A stretch of 29,602 nt of DNA from Candidatus Marsarchaeota archaeon (GTDB taxonomy: Archaea > Micrarchaeota > Micrarchaeia > Micrarchaeales > Micrarchaeaceae). Position 1 is the first letter of the stretch; the number at the start of each line of letters is the position of its first letter. Below are positions 7,639 to 16,800 of the stretch, piece by piece. Position numbers and translations under genes: made by a program. A model generated the notes under the pieces. The model had not been told where the DNA came from, did no database searches, and saw only the letters and a list, made by a program, of their open reading frames with translations. Location of the stretch: positions 1 to 29,602 of the forward strand of contig JAMCZL010000019.1 in the NCBI GenBank assembly GCA_023485745.1, given 5' to 3'.

Positions 7639-7742
7639 CTTTTCACCTTATAAGCGTGATTGTGGGCGTCCAATATATTCATTATATTTAGTCCCTCCAA
7701 ATAATATTTATACCTTTCCAATGCCCATCCCGGCCGGAAAAA

Positions 7743-9056
7743 TCAGGCGGTGTACGTCTCGCCTATTTTTGGTACCACTGTAGCGTACCTTGGCGCCATG
7801 TGCGTTCCAAGCGACCTCTGCTTTTCTATGTCGCCATGCACCAGAAATATTTTTCTGACGCCCTTTATCATTTCCGGGGTCCTGTCGAGCATCAGCCTGT
7901 CCGAATGCGCCATTATGCGGTGCTGCTCTATCTTGAGCCTTATCTGCAGCATCTTTCCGTCCAATTCGACTTCCTTTGCGCCGTCGCGTATAAGCCTTCC
8001 GGGAGTTCCTTCAGCCTGGTAGCCAACTATTATGAGCTTGTTGTTCGGGTCGCCTGCAAGCTTGCGCAGGTAGAAAACAACCGGTCCTCCTTTCATCATT
8101 CCGCTGGTTGTCACCACTATGCAGCTTCCGCCCCTGGCTATCCTGTTGCGATCCCTCCTGCCTACAAATTCAAAGTTCTTGTCACTTTGCATGGCGCTGC
8201 GCACATCCTTCCTGCAGTACCTGAGGTTCTGCCTGTGTATCTTCATGATCTTTCCTATTGCGCCGTCAACGTAAATCGGCGTTCTCTGCAGCTGGCCCCT
8301 TTCCATTGCATTGTGCAGCAGCATCAGCACTTCCTGAGACCTGCCTATGCCGAAGCTCGGTATTATTACCTTGCCTCCCTGCAATATGGTCTCGTTTATG
8401 CTCTTGACCATGTCCGCGGCCCTGGCCTCGCGGCCTCCGAAAACGTCTGCATCTCCGCCGTACGTGCTCTCCATTATCAACGTATCGGCATAAATGCCAT
8501 TCATGTCTGCGCCGTTAAGAACAAGGCTGCTCTGCAGGTTCATGTCCCCGGTGTACAGCAGCGATTTGCCGCCATAGCTTAGCCTTATCATGGCGCTTCC
8601 GAGTATGTGCCCCGCATTTATAAATTCAACCTTGACGCCTTTTATGAAAATCGGCTTCCTGTATTCCGAGTAGACGTAGCTTCCGGAAAGCTTCTTGAGT
8701 ACTCCCCCGGTGATTTCCTTCGGCTTCGATATGCGCACGTAGTCCGCAACCTGCAGCTTCATGAGCTCAACTGTGGGCTTTGTGGCGTATACCTTCCCGG
8801 AAAAGCCTCTGGCATACGCATGTGCGACGAAGCAGCAGTGGTCCAGGTGCGCATGCGTTACGACTATGGCGTCGATGCTGTTGAGCGTTTCGTCCGTTAT
8901 CTCAGGCATGCGCATTTCGCTGCCCTCCTGCTCGTTTACATTGCCAAGCCCTGCATCAAGCAGTATGTTGGCATCGCCCGCGCTGACCATCAGGCAGCTT
9001 CTGCCGACTTCTTCGGCAGCTCCGTAAAAAGACACCTTCATAATCCGAGGCGTCAT
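7743..9056 (-). CDS. beta-CASP metallo-beta-lactamase ribonuclease (aCPSF-like, no N-terminal KH domains)
   Basis: EVGRSC, THAHLDH, AGHILGSA, YTGD, MESTYGG, IIPSFGIGRSQE, TTSGMMKGGP, GYQAEGTPGR, AHSD and LVHG motifs. Start uncertain (ATG at 9104, 9056 or 9041). Confidence 0.9.
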   Translation of the reverse strand: MTPRIMKVSFYGAAEEVGRSCLMVSAGDANILLDAGLGNVNEQEGSEMRMPEITDETLNSIDAIVVTHAHLDHCCFVAHAYARGFSGKVYATKPTVELMKLQVADYVRISKPKEITGGVLKKLSGSYVYSEYRKPIFIKGVKVEFINAGHILGSAMIRLSYGGKSLLYTGDMNLQSSLVLNGADMNGIYADTLIMESTYGGDADVFGGREARAADMVKSINETILQGGKVIIPSFGIGRSQEVLMLLHNAMERGQLQRTPIYVDGAIGKIMKIHRQNLRYCRKDVRSAMQSDKNFEFVGRRDRNRIARGGSCIVVTTSGMMKGGPVVFYLRKLAGDPNNKLIIVGYQAEGTPGRLIRDGAKEVELDGKMLQIRLKIEQHRIMAHSDRLMLDRTPEMIKGVRKIFLVHGDIEKQRSLGTHMAPRYATVVPKIGETYTA

Positions 9057-9418
9057 TTCTGTGCGATGCAATTCATTGCTATCGCTTCCGTAAAATTCCT
9101 TCATTTGTTCACTTCTGTCTTATTTTATTTTTTATTTTTCAAGCAAGGTCGTTCAATTGGTTTGCGTAACGCAAAGGCAGTATATCCCGCCATTATCGCG
9201 CTGCGCCAAGCCGATGCACAAAACCTACTTTTCTCTAGATTGCTAATTGATTTAAAGAATCAGGGCATCAGAAGATGCAAGCCTTTAAATTCATAACCCC
9301 ATACTGTTAATCTCTTAAAAATACGAAGTAACTTTCGCAATTTATGTAATTAACCTTTGTACATTCTAATATTTAAATGTAGCAGTAGCAGGTTGCCTAC
9401 CATCCAAAGAGACGGATA

Positions 9419-9517
9419 AGCCTCAGGGGGGATTTGAACCCTCGGCCTTCTGCTGTCCGGCATTGCGTTTCCGCAAAGCTACCATGCAGACGCTCTACCA
9501 TGCTGAGCTACTGAGGC
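9419..9517 (-). tRNA. tRNA-Thr(GGT) with a 25-nt intron at 37/38 (9455-9479)
   Basis: Folded by hand: acceptor GCCTCAG/CTGAGGC, U73, D-stem GCTC/GAGC, anticodon stem TCTGC/GCAGA, T-loop TTCAAAT. The intron forms a GAAA-capped hairpin and a relaxed BHB motif. Confidence 0.88.
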
Positions 9518-9626
9518 GCTGGATTTTAGTAATACGCCATGAAAAATATAAAAATGCTACTTCTAAGAGTGCGGGAAAGCCTATAAAATAATTTCCATTC
9601 ATACTATAAACAGAATCCGTGGTAAA

Positions 9627-10706
9627 TTGTCAAAAAACTCCAAATCGCAATCAGCTGTAGAGTACCTTACCACATACGGGTGGGCCATAATAATACTCGT
9701 TATAGTCCTCTCGGTCCTATTCATGGTGGGCGCATTCAATCCTTCAAGCAGCGTCCATTCGGAATGCCTTTTCCCGGCGCAGATAGACTGCATAGGCACG
9801 ACACTTGGAGGCACAGGAACGCTGGACTTCGACATAGAGAACCTGTTTTCAAACCCGATCATAATTACCTCGGTTTATTGCAACAGCAACGGCAACCTTA
9901 CCAACGCCACGACATTTCCGACTGCAATATCAGTATCGCCCTCCTCTACCGGAAAGCTTTACGCGCAGTGCTATTATAACGGCAAGCAATTTTCAGGACC
10001 AGGCGGCAAGCTTTTCGAAGGATACTTGATAATAGACTATATATCCCCTTCAACCGGCGAGCACCATCTAATAAAAGGCAGGGTAATACAAACAGTATCA
10101 GCAGCACAGGCTCCTGTAATACCGCCGGTTAGCTTTAACGCCAACTCTGTCTTGAGCAATGATGCTTCAAACCTGTTTCTCACGCTTCCGCCAAACTACA
10201 CAACATACCTTTTTGCATGTGCAGACGGAGCTTACAGTTTATCTTCGGAATCATGGACAACCAACGTGTATGGAAAAACTACGGATTGCATCAACGGCGA
10301 GGACTGCGCATCGATAGGCTACCAGAGCGCACAGACCGGCGAATGCTACGCATCCGGAACGCATCAAATGACCCTTTCAGGAATAGGGCTTAACTTGTCA
10401 TACAGCAAATTAAAAGTGTATACTGCGCAAAATGCGTCTCCTGCCAGCTCAATCTCACCAACTTTTATCAACTTTACCTATAGCGTTTCGGTAAGCGACA
10501 GCTTTGTAGTAATATTGGCCGCATCAGGATGGGATCCATCAACGGTAGTTCTGCCGCAAGGATGCACAATTGATACCAAAGCTTATATTTCAGGGCAGTC
10601 GTCAACGTACGTCGCAACTTGCATACAGCCAGCAGGCAGCTATAACGTCAATGTGACGGGTGGTAGCGCAGCAGGCAGCGCGCTGGCCGTATACATATAC
10701 TCATGA
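9627..10706 (+). CDS. Type IV pilin-like protein with class III signal peptide and a C-terminal adhesin-like extension
   Basis: NSKS|QSAVEYLTTYGWAIIILVIVL (K at -2, E at +5, hydrophobic helix), then a Cys-containing, Ser/Thr/Asn-rich extracellular region. TTG start. Confidence 0.8.
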   Translation: MSKNSKSQSAVEYLTTYGWAIIILVIVLSVLFMVGAFNPSSSVHSECLFPAQIDCIGTTLGGTGTLDFDIENLFSNPIIITSVYCNSNGNLTNATTFPTAISVSPSSTGKLYAQCYYNGKQFSGPGGKLFEGYLIIDYISPSTGEHHLIKGRVIQTVSAAQAPVIPPVSFNANSVLSNDASNLFLTLPPNYTTYLFACADGAYSLSSESWTTNVYGKTTDCINGEDCASIGYQSAQTGECYASGTHQMTLSGIGLNLSYSKLKVYTAQNASPASSISPTFINFTYSVSVSDSFVVILAASGWDPSTVVLPQGCTIDTKAYISGQSSTYVATCIQPAGSYNVNVTGGSAAGSALAVYIYS

Positions 10707-10720
10707 TGCACTTCCTGCAA

Positions 10721-12214
10721 TCAGAAAGTAGTCACGGTTCCGAATGTTACGCCAGGCATAATTCCGTTTGGCGGATAGTCCCTTACCAATACCCAATTAG
10801 ATGACATAGCGCCATTGCCGCAGTACATTATGCCCAATGCTGGCGTAAGTTTGCCAGGGCTGTAGGTTGTGTCTGCCGAGCTCAAAGTGCCGCCTGGCCA
10901 GTAAGTTTCTATCTCTCCTGTCTTGGGCCAAGAAATTCCCCAAACTCCAACCACCGGCCCGGATCCTATGCTCTGCAGCGTGCCAGCCGACTGGTAAAGC
11001 GGCTTGTGATAATCTGTATAGACAAGGTTCATGGTTCCGCTGGCACCGTTTCCAGTAAGTTTCAAAGAGTATCCATTCTCAGTGCCCGCGTCCAAAAGTG
11101 CAAGGCTGTCCGACCCTATGTTAAATAGGGTGCTCGATACATAGGTCTCTAAAGTGCTGTTGGGCCCGAAATCGTATGTGCTTCTTATTACGGTGCTGCT
11201 GCAGAAAGCGGTATTTGTGTTGTTCAGGTTGTAGAATGTTACCCCGTAATCTGCGCTAGCGCTGCTGTCTTTGCCATTGTACACCAGCCACTTGCTCGCG
11301 TTTATGCGCGTGCCGTTGAAATTCGAATAGAAGTTGAATACGCTCGCGCCGTTGTCGTATAAACCGTATTCTATGCTGTAGTTTGCGGCCTCTCCCGCAT
11401 GGTATCCGGTATAGCCGACGACCTGCGGCATGAAGTACATTCCTATGGTAATGCTGCTGCTTTTTGGTATGGCAACGGGAAGCTTAACCCAGAACGTTGC
11501 GTTGCCAGAGGCAGAGGAATTGCAATTTGTCTGGCACCAGCTGTACAGCTCTATGCCTTTGTAGTAAAACCTTATGTTCCCTAAGTTGGGGTCCTCATAG
11601 GCTGCATACTTGGATGCCGGAAATGATACATTCTCTTGGAAATTCACAGGGGTGGCTTCGCCCTGCATATTTCTTATCGTAAGCGGCACGTATGCCGTCG
11701 CTTTTATGCTTACGTTTGTTGCAGTTATCCTCATATTTCCGGTCCAGCTGTAATTGTACGATCCTGGGCAGTCAAGGAAAAACGGATTGTTTGCCACTGG
11801 AGTGCAATAGTTTCCGACAATCTTAAATGTGGCATAGTAGTTGCTGGTTATTTTAGGGGTGAACGTGTACCCGGCCACGCAGTAAAAATTCTCGCCTTCG
11901 GTAACAAGGGAAGGCTCGCAGTATCCGTATATGCTTGGGTTTGAGCTCATTGTGGAGCTGAAGCCCGTTATGTTCACGACTCCTGGCACAGTCATCTTTC
12001 CTGTGAATACAAGAAGGGAGCTGGCGCCATTGAGGTTGTCGATCCCGTATACCGCATCAACGCAGCTGAAGGAATTGTAGGCAACGCACTGCAGGGGCAG
12101 TATGCTCTTAGGCAGCGAGATGTATATTATGAGCACAGATATGACCAGGGCAAGTATAAGCAGCACGTACCCGTATACCGTAAGGAACTCCACGGCGCTT
12201 TGCCCTCTTTTCAT
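10721..12214 (-). CDS. Type IV pilin-like protein with a DUF2341-like domain and a lectin-like C-terminal beta domain
   Basis: MKRG|QSAVEFLTVYGYVLL class III signal; NLGNIRFYY...LYSW...ATFWVKLP..IP..SSITIGMYF is the DUF2341 pattern. SD AGGTG precedes ATG 12214. Confidence 0.8.
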   Translation of the reverse strand: MKRGQSAVEFLTVYGYVLLILALVISVLIIYISLPKSILPLQCVAYNSFSCVDAVYGIDNLNGASSLLVFTGKMTVPGVVNITGFSSTMSSNPSIYGYCEPSLVTEGENFYCVAGYTFTPKITSNYYATFKIVGNYCTPVANNPFFLDCPGSYNYSWTGNMRITATNVSIKATAYVPLTIRNMQGEATPVNFQENVSFPASKYAAYEDPNLGNIRFYYKGIELYSWCQTNCNSSASGNATFWVKLPVAIPKSSSITIGMYFMPQVVGYTGYHAGEAANYSIEYGLYDNGASVFNFYSNFNGTRINASKWLVYNGKDSSASADYGVTFYNLNNTNTAFCSSTVIRSTYDFGPNSTLETYVSSTLFNIGSDSLALLDAGTENGYSLKLTGNGASGTMNLVYTDYHKPLYQSAGTLQSIGSGPVVGVWGISWPKTGEIETYWPGGTLSSADTTYSPGKLTPALGIMYCGNGAMSSNWVLVRDYPPNGIMPGVTFGTVTTF

Positions 12215-12307
12215 CGCGATGACACCTGCTTGCATTGGTATTAAAAGATTGTTAAATATAAAAATCTAACACAAGAAAGGAATATTTGCAGGTCTTTGTT
12301 GATTCTG

Positions 12308-13138
12308 ATGAAAAGTGAAAACGATGCAGAAGCCAAGCCCGGTGCATTGGGCAATCCGATAAGGCCGAAGAGGAAGATGGGCCAGAACTTCCTTAAAAGC
12401 CCGAAGATAGCCGAGTTCGAGGCCGGCTACGCGGAAGGCAAGAACGCGCTGGAGCTGGGCGCTGGGCTGGGCGTGTTGACGCGCAAGCTATGCGAGGTTG
12501 CGAACTCGGTTGTTGCCATAGAGAAGGACAGAGGCCTATTCGACAGGCTGAAAAAGGACCTCGTGTCCAGCAACCTCAAGCTTGTAAACGCGGACTTTTT
12601 CGACCTTGATCCAGAGGTATTCGACAAATGCAACATAATGGTATCAAACATACCGTACAATATATCCAGCAAGGTGCTCATGTGGCTGTCCGAGCGCAAG
12701 ATGCAGGCTGTGCTGTGCCTGCAGCGCGAATTCGTCGAACACATTATCGCAAAGCAGGGCAGCAGGAAGTATTCAAAGCTCAGCGTATTCGCCCAGCTGA
12801 ACTTCAGGATCTATCCTGTAAAGAGGGTTTCAAGGCTATCGTTCTATCCTGCGCCGAAAGTCGACTCTTCGATAATACTGCTGGACCCAAAAGACTCAAA
12901 GATAGCAGAACCGGCGATGAAAGTGATATCGCTGCTGATGGAGCACAAGAAGAAAAGGATGGGCAACGCCCTTGCAGATTCGTCGGGGCAGCTGGGCATA
13001 GGCAAGGCCCTAGCCAAGTCGCTTGCCGAAGGAAGGTACGCGGACATGAGACCTTTCCAGCTGGCGCCGGAAGAGCTGGCATCATTCGCAGAAGAAATTG
13101 CAGAATACATAGCCGAAAAAGGCGAAAATTCAGAATGA
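12308..13138 (+). CDS. ksgA: 16S rRNA adenine dimethyltransferase KsgA/RsmA/Dim1
   Basis: KRKMGQNFL, LELGAGLGVLT, AIEKD, SNIPYNISS, LQREF and SFYPAPKVDS motifs. Confidence 0.93.
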   Translation: MKSENDAEAKPGALGNPIRPKRKMGQNFLKSPKIAEFEAGYAEGKNALELGAGLGVLTRKLCEVANSVVAIEKDRGLFDRLKKDLVSSNLKLVNADFFDLDPEVFDKCNIMVSNIPYNISSKVLMWLSERKMQAVLCLQREFVEHIIAKQGSRKYSKLSVFAQLNFRIYPVKRVSRLSFYPAPKVDSSIILLDPKDSKIAEPAMKVISLLMEHKKKRMGNALADSSGQLGIGKALAKSLAEGRYADMRPFQLAPEELASFAEEIAEYIAEKGENSE

Positions 13139-13792
13139 GTATGTCGGCTTTTGTATTTCTGACATCACCAAGGCGCCCTCAACCTTCGACGTGAATTTGG
13201 ATTCGGCAGCCTCGGAGCCCTCCTTGCCAAGAAGGTTCTTGTAGTGCATCGGCACGGCATGCTTTGCCGCTATGGTCTCCGCGGCTTTTATGGCCTCGTC
13301 TACGCCCATGGTATAAGTTCCGCCAATCGGCAAGAGCGCATAGTCCATCTCGCCAAGCTCCTTCATTTCTGGAATTGCGTCGGTGTCCCCGGCGTGGTAC
13401 AGCCTTGAGCCCTTGTATTCAATCACATATCCAACCCAGCCTTTGGCTTTCGGGTGGTAGGAAAGCCTTTCTGGCTTTATATTGTAAGCAGGCACAGCCT
13501 TTACGACAACTTCTCCAAAAGCCTTTTTGAAGCCGGGCCTGGAAATCTCGACTTTGAATCCGGCATCCTCTTCTATGCATCCCTGAGGGGCAACAATTAC
13601 CGCATCCCTGCCTGCAACCTTCCTTATGTCGTCCTTGCTGCAGTGGTCGAAATGCGGATGGGTAACAAGCACTATGTCCGCACCTTTTTCCGGCGTCGCC
13701 TCAATGCGAAAAGGGTCTATGGCCAAAACCTGCGATCCGCATTCAACAATAAAACTGGCGTGGCCAATCCATTTTATGCTTTCTGCATCCAT
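13130..13792 (-). CDS. MBL-fold metallo-hydrolase (Lactamase_B_3-like)
   Basis: GHASF, IDPF, THPHFDH, YHAGDTD, LPIGGTYTM and PMHY motifs. Confidence 0.9.
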   Translation of the reverse strand: MDAESIKWIGHASFIVECGSQVLAIDPFRIEATPEKGADIVLVTHPHFDHCSKDDIRKVAGRDAVIVAPQGCIEEDAGFKVEISRPGFKKAFGEVVVKAVPAYNIKPERLSYHPKAKGWVGYVIEYKGSRLYHAGDTDAIPEMKELGEMDYALLPIGGTYTMGVDEAIKAAETIAAKHAVPMHYKNLLGKEGSEAAESKFTSKVEGALVMSEIQKPTYSF

Positions 13793-13867
13793 AAAATCGC
13801 AATTCCATATGCCTCTGCTAAATTATTAAATACTTGTTTTTATTATTAATATCCGGATGACCTTCTG

Positions 13868-16800
13868 ATGTCCGCAAACAAGCGACTGATTATTGCCGCC
13901 TTTGTGCTGGCGATTGCAGTTGTACTCATCGATAACCAAGCGTCTGCGGCTTCGCAGCCCAGTATCACAGTGCAGGTCGCAACGCCTCCGCAGAATGCAC
14001 TGTCTGTCACCGCCATGTCGCCGGTAATAGAGCAAGGTCCCAAGCTGTCGTGCCCTCCCGGCGTTCCAAACCAGGGCAATCTTGTGATAGCTTCATCTGA
14101 AACACTTTCTAGTGATCTCTGTGCAAATACGATAGTGGTTGACAGCGGCGTAGTACTAACTACTGCAAGCTACAGCATAACTGCCATATACTCATTTACA
14201 AACAATGGTTTAATTTTATCAGGTCCCTTAGCCAACGGCGGTAGTGCAATTACCGACTTAAAAAAGAATGGAAATGGAGCTAACGGGGATAACAGCAACT
14301 TGGGGGGCGGGGCGGGTGGAACTGGAAGCGCACAGTGCCCGAACGGGCTTTCCGGCTCCGGCGGAGGAGGTCCTGGTGCATCAGGCGGAAGTTCTTCCTG
14401 TTATGCTCTTTATACATGGTCTACTGATGGCGGAAGTAATTCCGGCGGCGGAGGCGGAGGAGGCGGATTCTCAGTTGGCGGCGGCGGCGGCGGCGCCGCC
14501 GGCGGTCAAGGCGCTGGCAATGTAATAATATACGCTAAAGATTTTTTCAATAAAGGTACAATAGCTGCACCCGGCTATTCTGGTGGATCTGGTAGCTACT
14601 GGGGAGGCGGCGGAGGCGGGGCAGGGTATATAGAATTATTTATAACCGCTTCTAAGGCTTCAAACATTGAAATAGGCGGCGTAAGTGCCATAGGCGGCTC
14701 GGGAGGACTTATATCCGAGTGCAGCGGAAATTTCGGGTCCGGCGCCGGCGGCGGAGGCGGAGTAATAGACGTATATGTGCTTTCCTATTTGACATCCGAA
14801 GTAAGTGGAAGCTTTGTTGTTGCCGGCGGTCATTACGGCGTGGATACTGGCGGGTGCAGCTATTCTCACGGATCGAGTGGAAAGTCTGGCAGTTATGCGA
14901 TTAAATCTATCCCTCCAATAATAGACGTGCCACACGGCTGCTACGGCGGAAGCACGCTCGACAACGGATACTGCAACATATATACAAACTCGTCCAATCC
15001 CATCTCAGCAAGCCAGTACAGCGGCTATGCAGGAGACGGCAGTTTTGTAGTTCAGCCCTCAACCAGTTCAACAGGCACTGTGATACCGCAAGTGCTCAAA
15101 TACAACAGCCAAGATGCGCAATGGCTTATTACCTGCCCGATGTCTCCTGATCCTTCAAACACGATTGAGTACCTGGTAACCTCTAATGCCTCGCACATTG
15201 CAGGAAACAGGTGCCTTGCAAGCGCAACAGCCCTAGATACCATTGTAAGGCAGCATATATACATAAGCTGGAGCCAGTCCAGCCCTGCCAATGCTACTGT
15301 AAACATTGCATTCCTTAATCTATCTGACCCTGTAGTAAACAACCTCGGCTACTCTCCGCAGGCCAACATGTCAACCAATCCAGGCAATTTCGTGCTTTCA
15401 AACGGCTATGACACGCAGTCGTACATATTCGATAGCGTACCTACTATGCCGCAAAGCGCAATATGGTCATGGCATGCAAGGTATGCGGACCTTTCAAAAG
15501 TAAACGTAGGGCCTCTGCACAACCAGACGACCCTGAAAAACCTCTACTTTTATACAACCCCTAGCGGGGGCACATATACTGGTGGCGCGAATTACTGCAA
15601 CTACACATATGACTACACTGAAAATTCCATTGTAGACCAAGTAACAAACGCCTTCATAACGATACCTGTAGACGTGGAGGGCATAAAGTTTCCTAGTTAC
15701 CTGCTTTTCCAGGGCAGCCTGTACCAGCCCGCAACCGTCATAAAAAGGGCTCCTTCGGCTGAATTTTCATGTGCTTCAGACCTGTATTACAACGATCCGG
15801 GCAAGTGTCCTTCTGGTTACGGACTGCGCAGCGCGTCCCTTGTAGGCGCCGGTGAATTCTTCTACGGCGGGGCATTGCAACCCGGCGATACGCCAGCATC
15901 GCCATGTTTGGATGGCTCCTGCCTTGGCAATTGGCCGCACACCCAGACAGTACCTGTATTTACATCAAACGCTCCTTCATTTCAAGGAAACTACATAGTC
16001 GCAAGGTCGTACTGCACTATAACAATCCCTTTGACCTCCGATTGCATAGCGTGGGGCTACAATGCGTACCGAATTCCAATCAGCACAATGGCGTTCAAGA
16101 ACGTGACAGCGTTGCCGTATTACCTTTACAACTTTTCAATGCCTGCCACCATAAGCAACGTAAACGGCCGTGCCGAATTCCTGAATCTCTCTTTCGACAT
16201 GTACAGCCCGCACAACTATCTGGCGCCTGCCAACTATCTGGACAGCATGCCCCTGCATACCGGCTCGGGTTTCTTTGCCACTGACGGCAATGGGGATCTT
16301 GTAGAATATCCATCTACTGAGGTTACCAATCCCAGCAACACTGCATTCAATGATCCAAGCACAGACTTCTTTACGAGCCTGTCAAACACCGTGGTAGCCA
16401 GCCTAGGCCTGCTCAGCTTCCTAAACCCAAGCCAAAGCCAAGCAATAGGCCCCTTCAGGGTGGGCCAGGTGCAGGAGCCTACATACATCGCGTCTTCGCC
16501 AAACGATTACATATACATTTTCAACTATACCAGCTCTTGCGGGTTCCTCTGCCTTACAAGCACAGCAAAGACGTTCCTAATAACCATGAGGTTCATACCT
16601 GTAGGATATTTCAACATGACAAACTACCAGCCAAACGTTCTTGAAAACCAGCTCTTTCCTTCGAAGAAGGCGTACGCATCAGCGTGGGAATCGTATTGGA
16701 AGAAGGCCCTGCTAGAACAGTCCGCAAATCTTTACGTGACCAATGTCACTCCAATAACCAGCACCACGCAAATACTGTTCGGCTTAGCCAATGTTGGCAG

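Noticed and set aside
7800-9296. 260-aa and 229-aa plus-strand ORFs
   Set aside because: Antisense to the well-supported beta-CASP nuclease; atypical composition.
9105-9418. AT-rich gap as a replication origin
   Set aside because: No ORB-like repeats recognised and no cdc6/orc1 gene in the window.
14440-14500. (GGC)n runs as a phase-variation switch
   Set aside because: In-frame triplets encoding poly-Gly; slippage would change length but not frame.
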